Assembly (NCBI RefSeq): GCF_009914755.1
Contig: NC_060932.1
From: the human T2T-CHM13v2.0 reference genome, Homo sapiens
Length of the DNA: 64,000 nucleotides
Direction: 5' to 3' (one strand)
Shown here: piece after piece, positions 37,671 to 49,459 of the stretch
Layout: the number at the start of each line of letters is the position of its first letter
How positions within the stretch are numbered: position 1 is the first letter of the stretch
Notes under the pieces: generated by a model
Database searches by the model: none
What the model was told of the DNA's origin: nothing
Seen by the model: the letters and a program-made list of their open reading frames with translations, nothing else
Position numbers and translations under genes: made by a program

Positions 37671-40600
37671 AAGGGTGTCGCCATGAGTAGAGAAATCGAG
37701 GCTATGGGCGGAAGTGGGAAGAAGCGAGAGAGGAAGACTCATGGAAAGCCTTGCTGCGCTTGCCAAAAGAACTGCCCTCGGACTCAAGAGGGCCACGTTC
37801 AATGCCAACCTGACATAAGGTAGTCACCTCTGGAGCACTTGTGGCCTGGGGCAAAAACTCAGCCGGGGTGAAGGAAGAATCTTCCCTGTTCCCAGAGGGG
37901 TGCTGACTGGAAATATGCATGAAGGTGGGGTCCCTAAAGGGCCACAGAACGAGGCCCTATGCAGGTGTCGGTACAGACTGTCCCAAAACCCCCCTGAGCA
38001 GTTGGCCCTAGGGCTTCAGAGGTAGGCACGGTGAAGAGCCGGAGTGAAAGCTGCTTCAGCACTTTGGAGCAGGAAGGAAAGAAAGCGAGATACAGTTGGA
38101 AGATAGTGAAGTGGACAACCTGAGGGATGGAGTGCAGGGTTTGACCTTCAACTTGGGGTCTCCTCCTTGGGCAGCCTTCTGGGGTGGCGTCATTGCCTCT
38201 CCACTGATCCTTCCCTTGGGCGGTGCTGTCAACCGGTGCCGCTGCCTGTCAGCCCATGGGCGAGGTGAGTCACAGGCACTGTGGGGTTCTTGGAGTCTTA
38301 GGCCTGCTCACTTGAGGCATTCTTCCCCTATTCGTTGAGTGTTCTCAGAGGGAGGGGACGGAGCTGCTCAACCCTGCTCTTGTGGCTGTCAAGGTGTCCT
38401 GCATTATCCCACACGCCCAACTCCTGGGATCTTACAGGGAGGCTGCTGATGTCCACCTTCCTGCGCTTCCATCCATCAGGTGCCTGCCCTTCCTTGGCTG
38501 CAGCCGGCCGTGAGGAGTTTTCCTCCATAGATAGGGTTCAAGTACCGCCCAACTGTCACCTCATGGTCATCTGACATTCCTGGTGGTGGTGGGGGGACCC
38601 CCGGTACTATGCTCACGTCAGACCAAGTACCTCAAGTGATAGGAACGTCTGACAGGATTGCACATGTGGCAGAAGAGCATCCGAGAAGATTGAAGCTTTG
38701 GCAGAAGAAACACCTGCCAGATCAGATGTGAATGTGTGGCAGAAGGCCCATCTGGGAAGATTGCACATTGGGTAGTAGGAAGACCTAAGAGCACTGGACA
38801 GCAGAAGGAGTGCCTCTGGAGATTGCCCGGTGGGCGGCGGTAGCATCTGGGAGGATTGCGGGGTGTGCGGGAGGATGAGCTGGGAAGGATTCAAGGCCTT
38901 GGGAGGCAACATGTGAAGATGATTAAATATGTGGCAGAAGAAACACCTGAGAAGATGGGATGCTTGCCAGGGGGAACAAGGGACAGAGTGGAGCGTTTGG
39001 GAGAAGGGATGCTTAGGGAGATTGCACGTGTGGTGGAAGGAACATGTGAGAAGGTTGCATGGTGGACAGCAGAAACCTTGCAGCTGATGGCACAGCAGCA
39101 GGGAGGAAAACGTAGGAAGCATGCAAGTGCGTGGCCTGCGAAAGAAGCATCTGAAGGGATGGCATGTCTGGCTGAGGACAGGCACATTGGGCAAGATTCC
39201 ACGTTTGGCAGTGGGGCCCGTGAGTGGCGGCAGATGCGTGCAGGCCTGCGGCAACCTCGGTTCCTGCCTCCTGAGCAGAAGGACATCGACCGAGGGGCAC
39301 AAGGCAGAGGGAGAGACTGAGGAACACGTTGGAGCAGGGGCGAAAGTTCCTGAAACGGTATTGTGGCAGGAGCCAAAGGAAGTCAAGGAGGCTTGGAAGA
39401 GGCCCAGGCAGGCAGCAGCCTGAGAGGTGCAGTGCAGGGCTGGACCTTCGACTCGGGGTCTCCCCCATTGGCAGCATTGCTGCCGGTCCCCTGATGCTTC
39501 TCTTGTCGGGGAAGAGGGGGCAGTCCACTGGCGCAGTGGCCTGTTAGCATCTTCTTGTGGGGTGGAGGGGCGGGGGCCGCAGGTGCTGTGTGCTTACTGG
39601 AGTTGTTAGCGTGCTTGCTTGAGGCATTTCTCCAGCAAGCAGACGAATGTGTCCAGGGGTAAAGGTCCTACAGCAGTGAACCTCCCACCAGTTTGCCTCT
39701 CAGGGCACGTGCGTGAGCCCACTTGCCCAACTCACAAGGTCTGCCAGGGATGCTTCCGATGTTCCTGACTGCTGTGGGGGAGGGGGACTGCCTTTCCCTG
39801 GCACTGCCTGCGCCAGTGATTTCTCTAGAGAGTCTGCTTTGAGACCACACGACCATCACCTCGCGGCTGCCTAACATTTACTGGTGGTGGGGAACCCTCT
39901 CGGGCCCCGCTCTGCACGTGTGACGGAGAGGGACACCTGACAGGATTGAACGTGTGCCAGAAGATCATCTGACGAGATGGAGTGTCTGGCGGAAGGAACA
40001 TCTGACAGCCGAGTGTGACAGAGGTAACATCTAAGCAGACTGCAGCGATTTCGGAAGGAACTGCTAAGAACATCTGGTGATCAGCATGAGGAAACCTTAG
40101 GGTAGGGAGATTGCAGGGGGGGCTGGCAGGGTGAGGGAACCCGTGAGAAGACTGCAGGATGGGCAGTTGGACGCCCTAGGCAGATTGCAAGGCCTGCCCA
40201 AGAAACATCTGGGTGGAGGAAGTATTGGGCCCATGGTGCGCCGGACAAGACTGAGCGCTTGTCAGGGGAGGGAGCGGACACAACTAGCTGTTTGGCAGAA
40301 GGAACACTCAGGTAGACTGCACGTTTAGCAGAAGGCCTAAGTGCGAAGATGGCGTGGTCAACAGCAGAAAACCCTTAAGCAGGTCTCATGGTGGGCAGAA
40401 GGAACCTCTGAGCAGATTCCACGGTGGGTAGACGGAACACCTAGGAAGATTGCATGCCGTGCAAAGGAAACAGCTGGAAAGAGGGAACATTTGGGAGAGA
40501 AAACATCCGCTAAGATGGGGTGTTTGGCGGTAGGGACGTCCGCGGCGGTGGATCCATAGAGGCCTGCACGCAGCAACCTGAGCTCTTGCCTCGTCAGAGG

Positions 40601-43058
40601 GAGTTTGACTGAGGGGCATGAGGCGGAGGGAGAGAAACCGAGGCCACTTTAAGCGCGGGTCTCCCAGATGGTACCGGAGCAGGGAGGCGAGGCAATAAGG
40701 TACACTTAGAAGAATGCCATGTGTGCAACTGGAGAGGTCAGGGGCATGCATTGTTCGACCTTTGAGGAGAGGTCTCACACATTGGCAGGCTTCCAGGAGC
40801 CAGGGGTTGCGTCGCTTCCTCCCCTGAGCCTTTTCACAGGGCGGGCCATCCACATGGGCAGTGGCCTGTCGGCACTTGGGAGGGACCGCAGGCGCAGCGT
40901 GTTTCCTGGAGTCGTAGGGGTGCTCACTTGAGGCGTGCCTCCCTCGGCAGTTGGATGTTGCCCAGGGAGGGTCATAGGACAGTGAAACCCGGCCGGTTTG
41001 CCTGTGAATGCGCAAGCGTGAACCCCCTCGCCCACCCCCTGAGATCTCGGGGAGCTGCTCATCGCCACCTTCCAGGGTTTCTGTCTGTCTGGGGGACTGC
41101 CCGTCCCCGGCGGGGCTCCCAGCAATCATCTGTTATTTGAGAGAGGCAGTTTAATGGTGGCCTGACCCATCACCTCCTGGTCACCTGAGGTGTCAGGTGG
41201 GGTGTGGGCGTGGCCCTCTCCTGCGCTGCTCCTGTCTGACCAGCCGCCCACGGTAACACAGAAACATCTGGCAGGATGGAGTGGTTGGCGGAAGACACAT
41301 CTGACGAGATCGAATGTTTTGCAGAAGAGCCATGTGACCAGATCCCTGGTTTGGCAGAGGAGACATGCGAGAAGACGGAACGTTTTGGCCGAGGAGACAT
41401 CTGGCAGGGTGGAACGGAGGGAACAGGTGTGGCAGAGAGAATATCTGAGAAGCTCGCAGGATTCCCAGAAGGAGCACTGGGAGTAGATTGCCTGTTTTCC
41501 CGAAGGAACGGCAAGTTCCAAAGGTCAGAGGCTCATGTGAACTCTGTCGGGTTCAGGAGCAGCTCAGTGTTGCTGGTGGCAAGAGTGTGGTACGAGAGTG
41601 GTTGGGCGTGGTTTGAATATCTAGAAAAGGCGAGCTGAGGGTAGATTTTTGAACAGTCCGGAGTAGGAGGGGTAGAGACATATTCTATGGGCCACAGCCA
41701 CATTCTCAGGATGCTCGTGGCTGTAAATAGTAGATGACCCAAGTAAGAGCGGCTGAAGCCATAGGCACCAGAATTGTGTTGGCATCGTCGTGTCACGCTC
41801 ACGTTTTCCCTTCCAGCTGTGCTGTGGGCAGTGTTTACTTCATGTCTGCTTTGCTGGCGGGCCAAGTAGCAACAGCTGCAGTCGGCGTGTTCTCTGAAGG
41901 CAGCGTGTGAAGGGTGGAGGGGTTGCTCTTCTTCCCAGGTGTCTTTTGAAGAGGCAGTCAAGTCAGCAGCTCACAGTGGCCTTCTGGTAACATCGTATGG
42001 GCTGGGTTACAGCACATGCCGACTGCTAAGCCAGTCACTGGGGAAAACCATGTGATTGCTGTGATGAGCTTAGAATGATCATTCCTCCTTCAGGAGCTGG
42101 GGTGGGTTGAGGGAACGATAAAGATCCTGATAACCTTGCATTTCTCCAGCGAGAAAGAAGAAATTCCGTGGATAGGGAGCCAGCCAGGTTTCCTGCAGAG
42201 ATTCACGGGAAGCTTTTGAGCAGGGGAGTCAGAAGATGAGCGGTGAGTATTGGGACTTTCCAGTCACGGCGTGACGCAGGGTTTGGCCAGTTCTTCCTGT
42301 AAAGGGGCAGGTGGGAAACGCTTGTAGGCCCGGTGGTCTCTGTCATGTCTGCTGAAGCCTGCTGTAGCAGTGTGGAAGCAGTCAGAGATGACACGTAAGC
42401 AAATGGTCCTGACTGGCCTCTGGTAAAGCGTCGATTCCAGAAGCATTTAACAGACCTAATAACCTTTCAAACCGCACAGGGTTTCTTTCCCAGGTCCTGT
42501 TTCAGGAAAGTTTTTGGCGGCTTACAAGGACTGTGTCCATCATGCTTGGGCTCTCTTATCTTTCCCAGGATCCTGAATAGGGCATCCCCCGTTCATCCAT
42601 AGGGCTCTGGGATGTCTTGGTCTTACTGTTTCCCTGCCAAACCCGGTGCCATCTCGTCATGATCACCCACTGGAGAAGAGAGGAGGTGCTGGAGTGAACC
42701 GGTTCGGGGAAGCCCCATTCATCCCTGGGGTCCCAGAATGAACCGTTGTTACCATGTGCCCCTGTTCTTGCCTTCCTCCCTGCTCTAATGGACGTGTGTT
42801 AGCCTGGGATCAGCCTTGGTCTGGGTGCTATCGTTCTGTTGCACCTGTGGCCTTTGTCCGGACTCTGTCCTTGTCTGCGTGACGTGAGAGTGACTGTGGG
42901 TGAGAGCGTTCCAGCAAGACAATGATGATCTCTGCTGTCTGATTCCCACTTCCCAGATTCTCACAGTAGACGAGGAGCCTGTTTTTCAGCTAGCTGCTGC
43001 AAGGAGCTGGACATTTCTCCCTTCAAATAGGACCTGGAAGGCCTGGAAGCATCTGGAG
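37671..43058. repeat. Diverged eighth (edge) unit of the macrosatellite, ~5388 bp
   Basis: Collinear with units 1-7 throughout but with many substitutions and small indels (e.g. AAGGGTGTCGCCATGAGTAG versus AAGGGCATGGCCACGAGTAG). Homologous ORFs are altered. Confidence 0.95.
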
Positions 43059-45750
43059 AAGGGCATGGCTGTGAGTAGAGAAACAGAGGATACAGGCTAA
43101 AGCAGGAGGAAGCGAGAGGACTCACGGAAAGCCTTGCTGCACTCTCCAAAAGAGCTGCCCTTTTCACGTGGTATGCTGTCCACATTGGCTGTGTCCTGTT
43201 GACAGCTGGGAGGGGCCGTAGGCATGGCGTTTTTCCTGCAGTTGCAGGCACTCTCACTTGAGGCGTGTCTTTTTCGGCAGTAGGATGTTGCCCGGGGAAG
43301 GTCATAGGGTAGTGAAACCTGGCCGGTATGCCTGTGAGGAGGTGTGTGTGAGCCCCCTCGCCTGCCTCCTGATACCTTCTTGGGGAGCTGCTCATCACCA
43401 CCTTCTGGGATTTCTGTCTGTTGGGGGCACTGCCGTCCCTGGCGCTGCCTCCCAGCCATCATTTCTTATTTGAGAAAGGCAATTTAACGACGGCCTGCCC
43501 TGTCACTTCCTGGTCACCTGACATATCTGGTGGGGTGTGGGCTAGACCCTCTCATGCGCTGATCCTGTGTGTCCAGCCATCCACAGTAACACAGAAACAT
43601 CTGGCAAGATGGAATGGTTGGTGGAAGACACTTCTGATGAGGTCGAATGTTTTGCAGAAGAGCTATGTGATCGGATCCCCGGTTTGGCAGAGTAGACATG
43701 CGAGAAGACTGAACGTTTCATCGTTGAAACCTCTTAAAGGTGGAATGTGTGGCAGAAAGAACGTCTGAGAAGCTCACGCGATTTGCAGAAGGAACATTTG
43801 TAGAAGATTCCCTGTTTTCCGAAGGAATGTCAAGTTCCAAAGGTCAGAGACTCACATGAATTCTTTCCGTTTTAGGAACCATACATTGTTGCTATTGTAA
43901 AGAGTGTGGTACTGACGTCGTTGGGCATAATTTGAATGTCTAGAAAAAGTGAGCTTAGGGAAGATTTTTGAGCAGTCCAGAACAGGAGGGGTAGAGGATA
44001 TATTTTGCGGGCCACGGCCACATTCTCAGGATGCTCGTGGCTTTAAATAGTAGACGACCCAAATAATAGCAGCTGACGCCATAGGCACCAGAGTTGTGTT
44101 GGTATCGTTGTGTCATGCTCACATTTCCCTTCCAGCCATGCCGTGGGCAGTTTTTAGTTCATGTGTGCTTTTCCGGTGGACTGAGTAGCAACAGCTGCAG
44201 TTGGCGTGTTGTCTGAAGGCAGTATCTGAAGTGTGGATGGGTTGGTCTTCTTCCCAGGTGTCTTTTCAACAGGCAGTCAAGTCTGCAGCTCATAGTGACC
44301 TTCCGGAAACATCATATGGTCTGTATTACAGCACATGCCTATTGCTAAACCCATCACTGGTGAAGGCCATGTGATTCCTGTGATGTGCTTAGAATGATCA
44401 TTTCTCTTTCGAGACCTGAGTTAACAAGTGCAGGGTTTGACTCAGGGTGTCATTTGTTGGCAGGCTTTCAGGGTAGTGTTTTTGCCTCTCCCCTGATCCT
44501 TCCTTTGTGTGGGTCTCCCAGTGCCGTGGCCTGTCAGCCCATGGGTTTTGGGTGTCACACGTGCATGTGGTTCCTGGAGTCTTAGGCATGTGCTCTTTTC
44601 TTACCCATTGAGTGTTTTTAGAGGAAGGTTATGGAGCTGCTAAACCCAGCCCTTCTGGCTGTTAAGTGTCCTGCATGAGCCCACGCACCTGATTCCTGGG
44701 ATTTTACTGGGAAGCTGCTGATGTCCACCTTCCGGCTCTTTTGTTCTTTGGGAGGCTGCCCTTTTTTGGCACCGGCAGGCTGCGAATGGTTTTCTTCCAT
44801 AGAAACATTTCAACAACTGCCTGGCCGTCATCTAATGGTTGTCTGACATTTCTCGTGGTGGTGGGGGAAGCCCCTCATACCCTGCTTATGTCAGACCAGT
44901 TACCTAGAGTGACTGGAATGTCTGACAGGATTGCACATTTGGCAGAAGAACGTCCGAGAAGATTCAGTGTTTGGCAGAAGAAACCTCTGTCAGACGTGAA
45001 CGTGTGACAGAAGGGCCATCCAGGAAGATTGCACACTGGGCAGAAAGAAGACTTAAGAACATTGCATGGACAGCAGAAGGAGTGCTTCGGGAGATTGCCT
45101 GGTGGGCGCCAGGAACACCTGAGATGATGTCATGGCAAACAGTGGAAATGAGAGGTTTACATTTAATGTCTTGTTTACATAAGGTAGTAAACTCTGGAGC
45201 ACTTGTGGTTAGGGGTGAAAACTCACCCTGGGTGAAGGAAGAATCTTCCCTCTTCCCAGAGGGGCAATGACTGGAAACGAGCAAGTAGGTGGGGTCTTTA
45301 AAGGGCCACAGTACTAGGCTCTATCCTGACAGCTGTTCAGACTGCCCCAAAAGGCTTGTGAGAAGTTGTTGCTAGGGCATAACAGGACAGTTAGATTAAG
45401 AGTAGGAGTGATAGCTTCTTCAACACTTTGGAGCAGGAAGGAATGGAAGCAAGATACAGTTGGAAGAGGGTGTAGTGGGTGACTTGATGAATCGAGTTCA
45501 TGGTATTATTTTTGACTTGGATTCTCCTTCATTGGCATGCTTCTGAGTTGGCGTCATTGCCTCTGCCCTGATCCTTCCCTTGAGTGGGGCTGTTCACCAG
45601 TGCAGCGGCCAGTGAGCTCTTTGGGCGGGGTGTGTGGCATACACAGTGCGATGTCTGGAATCTTACACGTGCTTACTTGAGGCATTCTTACTCCACCGGT
45701 CGAGTGTTCTCAAAGAAAGATGATGGAGCTGCTAAACCTTGCCCATTTTG
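43059..45750. repeat. Degenerate, rearranged partial unit(s) at the array boundary
   Basis: Segments match unit positions ~1-125, ~3150-4400, ~445-1180 and ~125-710 in that order, and are more AT-rich and diverged than unit 8. Confidence 0.85.
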
Positions 45751-45757
45751 ATCTGTT

Positions 45758-45897
45758 ATGTGAGACTTGCCTTTCGCCTTCTGTCATGATTGTGAAGTGT
45801 CCCCAGCCATGTGGAACTGTGAGTCCATTAATCTTTTTTCCATTTAAATTACCCTCTCTCAGGTATGTTTTTGTCAGCAGTTTTAAAACAGACTAAT
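45758..45897 (+). mobile_element. MaLR LTR 3' fragment (MST/THE1 family)
   Basis: GCCTTCTGTCATGATTGTGAAG...CCCCAGCCATGTGGAACTGTGAGTCCATTAA...AAATTACCC...TCAGGTATG...CAGACTAAT, the typical THE1/MST LTR end. Confidence 0.85.
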
Positions 45898-45989
45898 TTT
45901 AGAAGCTTGGCCCTAGTTCTTTGTAGGCCTTTCAATATTAAAAATGTCCAATATTGAATATTAAAAGTATTCAGTATTTCTATTAAACT

Positions 45990-47172
45990 CTTGAGTCATT
46001 GGGGTTCCAATCAGGGTTGTCAATATGTACTGCCCCTCTTCCTTTTGGTAATGGAGTTTCCCTTGTTTCTTTTCTTTCCCTATTTTGTCTTGCATTTTTA
46101 TTTATTTATTTATTTTTATATGTTTTTTTGTCGCACTGTAGGACACATATTGCTTGTCTCTGAACTTCTCAGCTGCCTGCAGATCTTCCTGTTTTTCAGC
46201 TGCAGTTAGGGTTTGTCTGAGGAGAAGCATAACATCCCTCCAGGTAAGGTCCGACACCTGAGTTAAATTTTGGAAAGCTTCTTTATACCTGTCAGGGTCA
46301 TTCGAAAACCAGCCTAATTCTCTTTATCTGCCTGTGGTTCTGCAATGAGAAGGGAACTGGAACCTTAGTGACATTGTCTCCATTAGGCATTGCCTGCAGT
46401 GGTAAGCGTCAGACTGTGGAATGAGGAGTGATGACACTGGAGGGGCTGACATTGCATTTGGAAGGGGCCCTGAATAAGGGGGACCAAGAGGGGCCTGAAC
46501 AACTGCCTTAGATGTTTTTCCCAGAATTTGTTTCGCTAGTGTGGGGGAGTTACTTCCTTTGGGCCTGCCTGATATGACTGTTAAAATAGCTGTGTTGATT
46601 GTGCAATGCTTACAAATGTCTAGTAACCTTTGGTTCTCCACTGGTGATTGTTTTTTTTTGACTTTGTAAACCTGTGTGACCTGTATGGTTCCTCAATAGA
46701 TGGATCTTGGAAAATAGGATGTAATAGTTGTATTTGGGCAAGGCCTCTTTAATGGAGACAGTGTACTGAGTTGAGCTCTCTATTTTGCTATCATGGCCTC
46801 GAGTCATGTACTTATTCTTAGGCAGTGATTCTGGTTAACTTTCAGACATAAAATGTTACTATTTAAGTAACATGTTAATTGGAGGCAGAATAGGTGCCTT
46901 AAAATAATGTAAGGAATGAAAGGTGGTTTTCCTGCTCATGGGACAGTACTGGGGCTAAAACTTCATTTTGGAGGACATTTTCCCCCTCATTGTTGAGTTT
47001 TCCCATTCACAGAAGCAGCATAAAGCCTGGTCTCTAGTAGAGAGTGCAAAAGTGAGAATTCAGAAACTAGAATGTTTCAGCAAAGGGCTGACAAGCTGTC
47101 TCATGGAGAGGATTCTAATTGCAATAGGTGGTGCTGTTGACCTTGAAATACCATGTGCTCTACAGACCAAGG

Positions 47173-47223
<51 letters not shown>

Positions 47224-47852
47224 TTCACTGGATGGGATGGGTGAGACCCTCTGTTTCTAGAAAATCACAAAAATGGCACTCCCTTGATCTATATTCCCAG
47301 TTACCAGAGCATTTCCAAATCTTGCCTAACAGGATTATTTCCCTGAGCTTTAAAAATTTCTGCAGCATTGCACACACACAGTAGATAAGAGACATGGTTG
47401 TCTTAGACAGGAAAGGAGGAAAATTGCAATAGGAAAGGCTCCAAGATCCTGTTGCAGATGCCCATCCGGCAGTCAGAGGGTGGAGTTAGTCCAGAAGCCT
47501 TTGGGTAACAGTGGGGTATGGTCCTGGGAAGGAAGCATTAGTTGCCTCTGGACCTCTTCCAGACCCACATGACACCTAGGCTGTCTGTGAAAGAAAACTG
47601 GTTCAAAAGAGAGTCAACATTCCCAGCACTTTGAGGGCCCTGGGGGATTCACTAAGTTTTCTCTGTTGTCTTAGTATTGAGAATGGTTGCCACCCTAAAG
47701 GTTTTTTTAATTTGCTATCAGTTGCCCAGTTTTTAGTTTATAATTTTAAAGTTGAGGGCAGAAGCCCTCAAAATCAAAGTAAAGGTTTAGGGTCCACTCC
47801 TCTACTCACCTTTCCGATGAATCTACCTTGGATCCCCAACCAGCCCCCACAA
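45990..47852 (-). mobile_element. ERV1 internal remnant (5' leader/gag region, HUERS-P3-like)
   Basis: Directly abuts the LTR at 47853. The minus strand begins with a PBS/leader-like TTGTGGGGGCTGGTTGGGGATCCAAGGTAG and a donor-like AAGGTGAGTA. Proline-rich gag-like fragment (APLGPPYSGPLP) in ORF 46324-46641. Left boundary approximate. Confidence 0.55.
47176..47220. repeat. (GA)n microsatellite, ~22 units
   Basis: Pure GA run seen directly. Confidence 0.98.
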
Positions 47853-48359
47853 TGAAATGGCATTATTGTCTGTGGTAAATATCTGAGATTCGTTGTCTCA
47901 CAGACCTGGAAAACTAGGCCACAGACACTCAGAGTGAGGCTCAGAGCAGAAGTTTAATAGGTGAAAGAAAGAGAAAAGCTCTCTTGCTACAGAGAAGGGT
48001 CCCAGAGAAATGGGTTGCTGGTTCGGCAGTGAAGTGCAAGGGGCTTTATAGATGAGCTTGAAGTGGGGAGGTGTCTGATTTACCTAAGACACAAAAGATT
48101 GGTTTGACCAGGTGTGCCATTTGCATAGGGCATGAAAAGCTGGCTGCCCCCACCATAACCTTTTATTATGCAGATGGCTTTTCTGCCTGGCCAGTGTCAC
48201 ATTGCCCTTTTTTCTTTTTTTTTCTTTTTTACTGTAAACATAGTAACAATAAAAGGGAAGATGGAGCCTCTGTGTTGGACATGCCTGGCCCCCAGGTAGC
48301 CCTTTTCTATTGGCGCAGCTACTAGCATCCTAAATCATTTATTTCTACCTCCTGTATCA
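47853..48359 (-). mobile_element. ERV1 5' LTR (LTR9-like), probably with an internal deletion
   Basis: Minus strand starts TGATACAGGAGGTAGAAATAAATGATTTAGG and ends ...GCCATTTCA. Contains GGCTACCTGGGGGCCAGGCATGTCCAAC, a TATA-like CTATAAAG and ATTAAA. Subfamily from memory. Confidence 0.65.
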
Positions 48360-49035
48360 TGGCAGCAGATCTGTATGGGTCTGCAGCAACCTCAATTCTT
48401 GTCTTCTAAGAAGAAAGAATTTGACTGAAGGGAGTAAGCCAGAGGGAGAGACCAAGGAAAGTTTTAAAACAGGAGTGAAAGTTTATTAAACAGCATCAGA
48501 ATAAGAGCCAAAGGTAATAAAGTACATCTGGAAGTGGGCCAAACGGGTGACCTGAGAGATCAAGTGCATGGTTTGATTTTTGACTTGGGGTCTCATAGGT
48601 TAGCAGGCTTCGGGGATTGTTTTTTCTCACTGATGCTTCCCTTGGGGCAGGTTGTCCACATGCAGAGTGGTCCATCAGCACTTGGTAGGGGCTGAATGTG
48701 CAGTATGGTTACTGGAGTTGTATGCACGCTCGCTTGATGTGTTCCTCCTGAACCAGTCAAATGTTGCCAGAGAAAGGTACTAGAGCTCTTAAACTACACC
48801 CACTACCATGCGTGAGCCCACTAGCCGAACTCCTTTGAGCTTATCAGGAAGCTGCTGAACACTATCTGGTGTTTCTGTCTGTGGCAGGAACCATTTTTCC
48901 CTGGCACCAGCTGGCACTGGCTGCGAACAGTAAATATTTCAGAGATGCAGTTTACAACCACCTGACCATCACCTCCTGATCACCTTACATTTTTGGTTGG
49001 GGGCCCCCCCCTCGTGCCCTGTTTATGTTTGACTA
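48360..49035 (-). mobile_element. MER50-like LTR outside the array, followed by a stub of the 33-bp repeat (49039-49077)
   Basis: GGGTCTGCAGCAACCTCAATTCTTG...CAGGAGTGAAAGTTTATTAAA (AATAAA on minus strand)...GGAAGCTGCTGA...CCTGACCATCACC, then GGAACATATGACAGGATGAAATGTTTGGCAGAAGAAACA. Confidence 0.8.
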
Positions 49036-49084
49036 ACCGGAACATATGACAGGATGAAATGTTTGGCAGAAGAAACATTGTATT

Positions 49085-49250
49085 GGACACTTAATAGCCT
49101 ATTGTCCTAATAGACTACATACAGCATAGTGTAAACATCACCTTTATGCACTGGAAAACCAACAAATTTGTGTGACTCACTCTATTGTGATGTTTGCTTT
49201 GCGTCATTGGTCTGGAACTTAGCTTGAAATATTTTCAGTGTATGCCTTTA
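49085..49250 (+). mobile_element. Tigger1 3'-terminal fragment
   Basis: TAATAGACTAC...ATAGTGTAAACAT...TGCACTGGAAAACCAACAAATTTGTGTGACTCACTCTATTGTGAT...GGTCTGGAAC...GTATGCC matches the remembered Tigger1 3' end/TIR. Confidence 0.8.
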
Positions 49251-49459
49251 AATGGGACTGAGATACAGTAAGTGAGTCATTAGTGATCAAGAAACCAAAA
49301 AAATTAAGGATAATAGAGTAGCTTAAATTTGAGAGAAAATGTTCAGAAAGAATTTGAGGTGCTTATTATGTGTTTGTTTGTTTTCTTTTTTTAACAAATG
49401 AATATTCAGCATCTCATCCACTGAAACAACCTTTAATATGATTTACTGTATCTCTTGAA

